Assembly (NCBI GenBank): GCA_965637545.1
Contig: OZ281494.1
Location: forward strand, 16,740,001 to 16,804,000
From: Phallusia mammillata
Lineage: Eukaryota
Direction of reading: 5' to 3'
DNA length: 64,000 nt
Part shown: positions 61,501-64,000 of the stretch, in pieces
How the letters are laid out: each line of letters starts with the position of its first letter
Numbering within the stretch: position 1 is the stretch's first letter
Made by a program: the position numbers and the translations under genes
The notes under the pieces: generated by a model
What the model saw: only the letters and a program-made list of their open reading frames with translations
What the model was told of the DNA's origin: nothing
Databases searched by the model: none

Positions 61501-63807
61501 TGTCTGCCAGACCCAGCTCCTCATATAACTGTAATGTCATCGTACAAACTAGAGGTCAGGATTATTTATCGTTGTGGGATAGCTTTACGGTACATATATA
61601 ACAAGATGTTCGTTTCTTTGTTTAACAGAGAGGGAGTGTTGGCTCGAATTCGGAGACGGATTCTGTAGCAAGTGAAGTTTCTCTACATTCGACAACTTCA
61701 ATGAAACTCAAGAAGCTTCGCAGGAAGGTAAAGTATAATGCATTACTTAGTCGGTTTATAAACTATAAAATTTTGACTTCTTCAATAAAAAAAATAATTT
61801 TATACAATTTAATTAAAATGTGCTAGTGCACGCAATAAAAGTAATTTAATCTTTATTAAAATTGAGATCTTATTACATACACTGAATAACAGACTATGTT
61901 GTTTATTTTCTCTCCCCACTTTTTTCTTCTCTCTCTTTTTGTGACGTTGCCGCTGTGCCTTTTTCTCGCGCCTTCTCTCGAATTTCTTAGGTGGATGATT
62001 CAAAGACGATGCACAGGTTAGTCGACAGACCGGTGGAAATCCCAGCATTTTGTGTTTGCCTGTTGTCCTGTATGTTTTACGTTTATGCCTTTGATCGCCT
62101 GCTTTACGTCCGCCCACTTTGCCTGCATACCTTAACTGTTTCCAAAAGGGATAGATTCAGAAGCGAAAGGGGAAACAGTCAAACTTTGCCGCGAAATGTC
62201 AGTCATATTACACGTATGGGCCAAAATTATAGCACACTTCTCATTAGGTTGATTGTAATAAGGCTGGAAATAATTTAAGGTAAGGAAACAACATGCATTA
62301 TATCCTATTGTAGCCGCAATAGAAAACACGTTACAATAGGCATTTCTTAGTTTTCACAGCACCAGAATGCAAGAATACAAACACTTTTCAAGAAAAATAA
62401 GGTACACGGTTCAAAAAATTACATACAAGTGTAGAATTAGTTACTGGCGTCTTTACTCTCGTGTCAAGTTTAAAGGCACGTGTTGGCTTTAGAAGTAAAT
62501 TATTGACTTACAAGATATAGCAAACACCTCTCTACTGCCGTCTAGCGGCAACAATGTCAAAAAACGCAATTACTGCTTATAAGTAATAAAAAAAATGTAT
62601 TTCCCTATAATCCTATTTACGCTGTTGTTGTAATTGGGGTATTTAATTCATATGAGTGTTCTATAACCAACATACGGCCACGATACATAATAAAATGAAA
62701 AAGGACAATTTTGTTAGGGCCTCACGAAACGATGAATGTCTCTTGGGACATTTTGCTAACTGCATGTTTGAAAGTCTGTCTATTATTTTGCATGTAAACA
62801 TAACAATGGTGGTATGTGGTGTGACATGTGTGCATGAGTGTCGGTCAAGAGACTGCTCGTCTTTTTCTTTTACTCTTATCTTTTTAACCCGTCCCCATGT
62901 GCTTTACAACTTATGATCAGTGGAACTCAGGAAATTTCTTTGATCGTATCTTTTCATTTGCGCCCGGCATGACTTAACAGCATTTATTAACTAAATCTTA
63001 TTGTTTCTTGCCCAAAGTGAGTTTTGAAACAAACTTTGTAAGTTACTTTGTAGTTTTTCAGAACTTGGATTCTAGCTGCCAAGCTTCTAAATGGATCTTA
63101 TGGTTTTGTAAAGCTGATTTAATTCTCAAAGACAATTAAGAATGCAAAGTTTGTTTCAAAACGCGCTTTACGCAAAAGCTGAGTCTGTACGAGTGTAGCC
63201 TATTATAATTTCAATCTTGATTTTGCTTTACAGCTTCGAAGAGACGACAAGAAGGCAATTTAACCACGTCTCATCCGACAAAGCACACACAAAACACGAA
63301 ACCTCAACTAACAATCGGACACACGTTGATACGACGACCGTTACCATGAAAACTTCAACTTATCGCAGCGAAGTCAGCCATTCTACACAAAAACTGCTTG
63401 TTGGGCACGAAATTAAACAACACAGCGCCGAAACCTCGGATGAATACAGACACTCGGACAGCGACGGCGAATCGGGCTATGTTGAATACGAAACTGATTA
63501 TCAGATCTTGTCTGACGCAATCAATTGGGCTGTTGAGAGGGAGGAAAAACGTGGCGTCGGGGATTACCCCTTTGACATCGACAACGATAAAGCCAGTTTG
63601 GACTTGTATACCCCAAAACCAGGTTATCTTCGACGTGCTTTCAAAGCCGCGTTACCTTTCTATTTTTTCCTTCTAGCAGTGTTGCTCTTTTTCCTGCTCG
63701 TCCCTCTCACGTGTTTGGATGAGCGTTATGCCTGTCTCCGAAAAAATAACCTTCATTTGTACATTAATCCATCACTTGCCTGGACCGATGGACCTCCACC
63801 GACGTAA
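13..63807 (+). CDS. SYNE1: Giant nesprin (spectrin-repeat, KASH-domain nuclear envelope protein), 5'-partial multi-exon gene, about 120 coding exons in window
   Basis: Successive short exons with GT-AG boundaries join in consistent phase and encode spectrin-repeat helices with the typical W/L pattern. The C-terminal exons closely resemble vertebrate nesprin-1 as I recall it: KKLKETIAAVAQLDTSMTDLRDWL, DIEKHSTGVASVLNLCEVLLHDGDACATE, LDRRWRNICALSMERRLKIEDTQRLWQKFL, QLELINKQYRRLARENRTD, LEWDH, and a KASH ending GPPPT. Probably the single pro-ortholog of SYNE1/SYNE2. Confidence 0.96.
913..1352. mobile_element. Non-autonomous DNA-transposon-like element with (GA)TACCGAGTAC subterminal repeats
   Basis: Terminal inverted repeat TGATGGGACGA (916-926) / TCGTCCCATCA (1339-1349). 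GATACCGAGTAC and ATCGATAC motifs are clustered at both ends. Lies in intron 846-1419. Confidence 0.75.
3765..4416. mobile_element. hAT-family MITE of the same family as 19287-19590, with a nested insertion
   Basis: TIR CAGTGTTTCTCAACCT / AGGTTGAGAACCACTG, with shared CGCGTACCAC and AAATAGGCC(T/C)ATTTT motifs. The outer TSD is not matched (CTTTAGAA vs GTAAGATG). Confidence 0.85.
3945..4266. mobile_element. Nested hAT-like insertion
   Basis: Starts CAGGGGTGTCCAACTC, ends GACCTG, and is flanked by the 8-bp direct repeat CCCAATAC (3937-3944, 4267-4274). Confidence 0.7.
9173..9275. repeat. Two-copy 54-bp tandem duplication
   Basis: GTAGTGTTGCAACT..TAATCGCAA...GTAATAAGATATATA at 9173 and 9227. 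Confidence 0.8.
11365..11903. mobile_element. hAT-family MITE (539 bp)
   Basis: Perfect 16-bp TIR CAGGGGTTCTTAAACT / AGTTTAAGAACCCCTG, perfect 8-bp TSD ATCTAAAA (11357-11364, 11904-11911), G-rich subterminal repeats. Confidence 0.93.
12369..12445 (+). mobile_element. tRNA-derived SINE head / tRNA pseudogene
   Basis: A box TAACTCAGTTGG, intact D arm, T arm GTGGG-TTCGAAT-CCCAC with B box, then T5. The anticodon arm has only a 4-nt loop and the acceptor stem is imperfect, so it is not a functional tRNA. Confidence 0.75.
13608..13672 (+). mobile_element. Degenerate second copy of the same tRNA-derived SINE
   Basis: cctgtcgtgggctggattaccaccgcag aligns to cctgacgtgggttcgaatcccaccgtag (22/28 identical), and both are followed by agatttttcta. 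Confidence 0.55.
13892..28962 (+). CDS. SYNE1: Nesprin spectrin-repeat exons, block 2
   Basis: Hand-mapped exons: 13892-14101, 14256-14478, 14668-14834, 14926-15118, 16019-16139, 16491-16596, 17059-17177, 17275-17482, 17586-17813, 17973-18071, 18341-18458, 19048-19253, 19791-19933, 20317-20506, 20695-20806, 21084-21271, 21686-21873, 22201-22339, 22642-22812, 23225-23377, 24698-24895, 25216-25362, 25648-25809, 26256-26407, 26615-26770, 26930-27116, 27238-27408, 27600-27734, 27967-28155, 28321-28458, 28734-28962. Confidence 0.85.
18715..18846. repeat. Perfect 20-bp inverted repeat with 92-bp spacer
   Basis: AAAACAGGTAAAAAGAATAA (18715-18734) / TTATTCTTTTTACCTGTTTT (18827-18846). Confidence 0.85.
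19287..19590. mobile_element. hAT-family MITE (304 bp)
   Basis: TIR CAGTGATTCTCAA / TTGAGAACCACTG, perfect 8-bp TSD ATCAACAT, subterminal GCGTACCAC repeats. Confidence 0.92.
21294..21365. mobile_element. Truncated hAT MITE left end
   Basis: CAGTGGTTCTCAAAC terminus after the GTTTAGAA target-like site, followed by GGGGCCAAAT...GGAGCCGCA. No matching right TIR found. Confidence 0.55.
24945..25195. repeat. Degenerate two-copy tandem duplication, 135-bp period
   Basis: AAACCTACACAACTAA at 24963 and 25098; TAATACCAATCGAT at 25021 and 25156. Confidence 0.85.
29206..35511 (+). CDS. SYNE1: Nesprin exons, block 3: Ser/Pro-rich disordered linker plus divergent spectrin repeats
   Basis: Exons: 29206-29391, 29792-30043, 30149-30283, 30375-30657, 30730-30839, 30928-31047, 31111-31253, 31488-31646, 31789-31965, 32302-32584, 34466-34590, 34736-34822, 34880-35024, 35333-35511. 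Translation includes LSPTPSPRKRG, VSPRVSTPRD, NSPFVTPRD and KSPGVKRRL, then TVSVLYDRWDTLRMQATSKQ and QLKQCRNTVLDIERKLILLSELS, which resemble the corresponding vertebrate nesprin-1 region. Confidence 0.82.
33477..33665 (+). CDS. Candidate in-frame Ser/Thr/Arg-rich alternative exon (63 codons)
   Basis: Phase-1 acceptor (aatag|GC at 33476, or gtag|CC at 33497) and phase-1 donor GCTG|GTGTGT at 33665 match the phase-1 flanking exons ending 32584 and starting 34466. Encodes GTPRRDVAMTSDSSRSRTSSTSSTSTVVSSALPATFRSLAISTSRSGTRRASGLPSVKELLCA. Confidence 0.55.
33989..34100 (+). promoter_or_regulatory. Intronic splicing-regulatory cluster (Rbfox TGCATG x3, Quaking ACTAAC)
   Basis: TGCATG at 33989, 34014 and 34085; ACTAAC at 34095 (and 33677). 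All lie downstream of candidate exon 33477-33665. Confidence 0.55.
34636..34711. repeat. Perfect 32-bp tandem duplication plus partial third unit
   Basis: GAAAACAAACTACCTGGTTTATCTTTCTTGAG twice (34636, 34668), then GTTTATCTTTCT. Confidence 0.9.
35607..45122 (+). CDS. SYNE1: Nesprin spectrin-repeat exons, block 4
   Basis: Exons: 35607-35702, 35787-35924, 36239-36388, 36519-36701, 36773-36910, 36978-37088, 37308-37481, 37612-37771, 37974-38139, 38381-38498, 38576-38774, 38928-39077, 39150-39269, 39422-39523, 39602-39740, 39810-39969, 40087-40199, 40255-40387, 40455-40647, 41021-41139, 41418-41598, 41774-41943, 42225-42368, 42443-42547, 42718-42949, 43014-43177, 43804(or 43837)-44028, 44139-44285, 44728-44854, 44965-45122. 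Confidence 0.84.
40782..40825 (+). ncRNA. Minimal type I hammerhead ribozyme of Penelope-like element type (probably degenerate)
   Basis: TACC-CTGATGA-A-GATGACCT(GCAT)AGGACGTC-GAAA-T-GTC|GGTA: core CUGAUGA and GAAA, stem II with 7 of 8 pairs, stem I TACC/GGTA, and a GUC cleavage triplet. The usual ACGT stem III palindrome reads ATGT. Confidence 0.7.
43200..43745. mobile_element. hAT-family MITE (546 bp)
   Basis: TIR CAGTGGTCTTCAACCT / AGGTTGAAGACCACTG, perfect 8-bp TSD CTCTACAT, subterminal GCGACCCC repeats and a GGGTCGCGACCC palindrome. Confidence 0.93.
46144..46830 (+). CDS. METTL27: Intronless class I SAM-dependent methyltransferase, METTL27/WBSCR27-like, nested in a nesprin intron
   Basis: 228-aa ORF with the N-terminal YSNWSESYEEDV...YTAP segment, motif I IIDFAAGTGLVG, an acidic beta2 end VDGQDGCDAML, YDVATISG and VRPGGYIVL. 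It lies wholly inside intron 45123-48999. The family assignment is from motif recognition only. Confidence 0.8.
   Translation: MDEILNRVRTMAHVQCENLDDKMAVYSNWSESYEEDVFALKYTAPHQAVKMLYDVIDNYKLDENCDIIDFAAGTGLVGKCLRERGFTGSVDGQDGCDAMLRRAKQYRNTFCCILEPGAKLPAELTSNSYDVATISGALSPSQVDVDCIPIIIGAVRPGGYIVLTTRLNPSNLQYVERLESEMKRLELEGVWVSLSKRRIEEFELATDDSEKVNDSKYIPGVVYCFQKL
48279..48298. promoter_or_regulatory. E2F site adjacent to a CHR-type hexamer
   Basis: TTTGAA-ATTT-GCGCGGGAAA: E2F core TTTCCCGC on the minus strand, with a short spacer to the TTTGAA/TTCAAA hexamer. Confidence 0.35.
49000..61727 (+). CDS. SYNE1: Nesprin conserved C-terminal spectrin repeats and adaptive domain, block 5
   Basis: Exons: 49000-49162, 54376-54563, 54767-54917, 55031-55144, 55494-55703, 58759-58950, 59121-59329, 59421-59533, 59604-59692, 59806-59869, 59974-60149, 60350-60544, 60624-60806, 60946-61149, 61629-61727. 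This is the region most similar to vertebrate nesprin-1. Confidence 0.92.
52493..54211 (+). CDS. Long low-complexity Ser/Thr/Pro-rich ORF in a nesprin intron; probable alternative 5' coding exon of a short nesprin isoform (or an independent nested gene)
   Basis: Uninterrupted 1.76-kb ORF (52451-54211) in AT-rich intron, with a good-context start gccATG at 52493. It has about 19 S/T-P sites and no recognisable domain. A phase-0 GAG|GTTGCT donor at 54190/54191 fits the phase-0 acceptor at 54376. Confidence 0.7.
   Translation: MFSPEYFAKQSAYVESLHNALEVALNGSCELANEPNARLKICNDCQKPQLFYSESAPNSPCAIKRHLDFDEPKVSTESPERDKGTYVTAVMNTLINTRSPNSSYNESLLNESSRSDRQESPISHKQFFLHRRPSMRAENSRSKGSPAKYFRRSLRLQRNTVPLVESPNSSNNATETPQSTSDPVQTDVLSGVSPLVDNITPCNKADGPGKITRNSTLVKRDAPNGSNPQTNSSGVRKDCTSKQDIYYTLSPLLLDETADKVKPDFDSLHAKSKDKTDFVDTPCAKPMEGVCEYEGKTADPSESDSCSESSSSATSTSGGRPEYFAVIKKGDPKRKRDKSRDRSMSFGTSFGRHSNSFHSTHAQVMSVLGDRTNIPSDSNQEKPMEQTNKTISSSVKSTSINQVANLHIEATRNLTETPTTPKLPPPETPNIGYASQMTTPGHEPGLLSFSNVFELGDVSGFDLTDSYVEETDFMKDGYCQCSYCNRNEDIFTSTQLKDWSHEDALHEATHCSRHKPRGREFDTPLTRADLQSPQPIEKKPYKRSPEYQVIMDLFCQCRKQADIDHEVAFRIQ
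58496..58564 (+). CDS. Candidate alternative first coding exon MEDNLSCCQVIRDEVQQQLTLLT
   Basis: ATG at 58496 with an in-frame upstream stop at 58475. Donor ACG|GTGAGA in phase 0 matches the acceptor at 58759 (194-bp intron). An upstream acceptor ctaat...gtttctag| lies at 58463. Confidence 0.5.
59446..59460 (+). other. LEWDH motif of the nesprin adaptive domain (kinesin light-chain W-acidic binding motif)
   Basis: TTA GAG TGG GAC CAT in the context GRTSPHSIGSLEWDHYD, matching the vertebrate nesprin GRDTPASVDSIPLEWDHDYD. LEWD binding to kinesin light chain is established for nesprins. Confidence 0.9.
61991..62016 (+). CDS. SYNE1: 26-nt nesprin microexon (VDDSKTMH+AG) required for KASH reading frame
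   Basis: Long pyrimidine tract then ttcttag|GTGGATGATTCAAAGACGATGCACAG|gttagt. It enters in phase 0 (matching the 61727 donor) and exits in phase 2 (matching the 63234 acceptor). Confidence 0.8.
62761..62836 (+). promoter_or_regulatory. Intronic Rbfox TGCATG cluster (x3) downstream of the 26-nt microexon
   Basis: TGCATG at 62761, 62789 and 62831 within 76 bp. Confidence 0.55.
63234..63807 (+). CDS. SYNE1: Nesprin terminal exon: Ser/Thr/His-rich linker, transmembrane helix and luminal KASH peptide
   Basis: Acceptor ttttgctttacag|C. Encodes YLRRAFKAALPFYFFLLAVLLFFLLVPLTCLDERYACLRKNNLHLYINPSLAWTDGPPPT*. Cys at -23, Pro at -11, aromatic at -7 and a terminal PPPX are all present. Confidence 0.96.
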
Positions 63808-64000
63808 TCGTTGCGTTTTTCGCACCTTTTTGTTCTTTCTAATGGTGCTGTGGAGACAAATTGAAGTCGGAAAGTTACCGGAGTCCAAGAGTTGATTTAC
63901 AGCAACAAGATTCAGTTTGGCTGTATTCCGAGGTTTCGTCGTTTCTGTATGCATTCGTACTTCGACTATTAACAATGAAAGAAACATGGACAGGAAAGTC

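Noticed and set aside
1-64000. CRISPR arrays, rRNA genes, prokaryotic operons or defence systems
   Set aside because: The sequence is a spliceosomal eukaryotic gene; no regularly spaced repeat-spacer array or rRNA-like segment was seen.

Overview
This is eukaryotic genomic DNA: AT-rich, with compact spliceosomal introns. An ascidian/tunicate origin is inferred from intron size, relaxed splice donors and the nested METTL27-like gene, but the species cannot be determined. The whole window is the 3' part of one giant + strand gene, a nesprin (SYNE1/SYNE2 pro-ortholog). I hand-mapped about 120 short coding exons, which encode spectrin repeats, the adaptive-domain LEWD motif and a terminal KASH domain ending GPPPT-stop at 63807. 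The start of the gene lies upstream of the window. The unexplained structure is concentrated in a few enlarged introns. (1) A 26-nt microexon (61991-62016) is required to keep the KASH exon in frame; skipping it gives a KASH-less basic tail, and Rbfox/MBNL-type motif clusters surround it. (2) A 1.7-kb low-complexity ORF (52493-54190/54211) is phase-compatible with the next nesprin exon and looks like the N-terminus of an internal short isoform. (3) A second candidate internal first coding exon lies at 58496-58564. (4) An intronless METTL27-like methyltransferase gene is nested on the same strand (46144-46830). (5) A Ser/Thr-rich in-frame candidate cassette exon (33477-33665) is followed by TGCATG/ACTAAC clusters. 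(6) A Penelope-type minimal hammerhead ribozyme sits in sense orientation in an intron (40782-40825). Introns also carry hAT MITEs with perfect 8-bp target-site duplications (one nested), a tRNA-derived SINE, other small insertions and one GC-AG intron. All exon coordinates were mapped by eye and isoform models are inferences that need transcript data.
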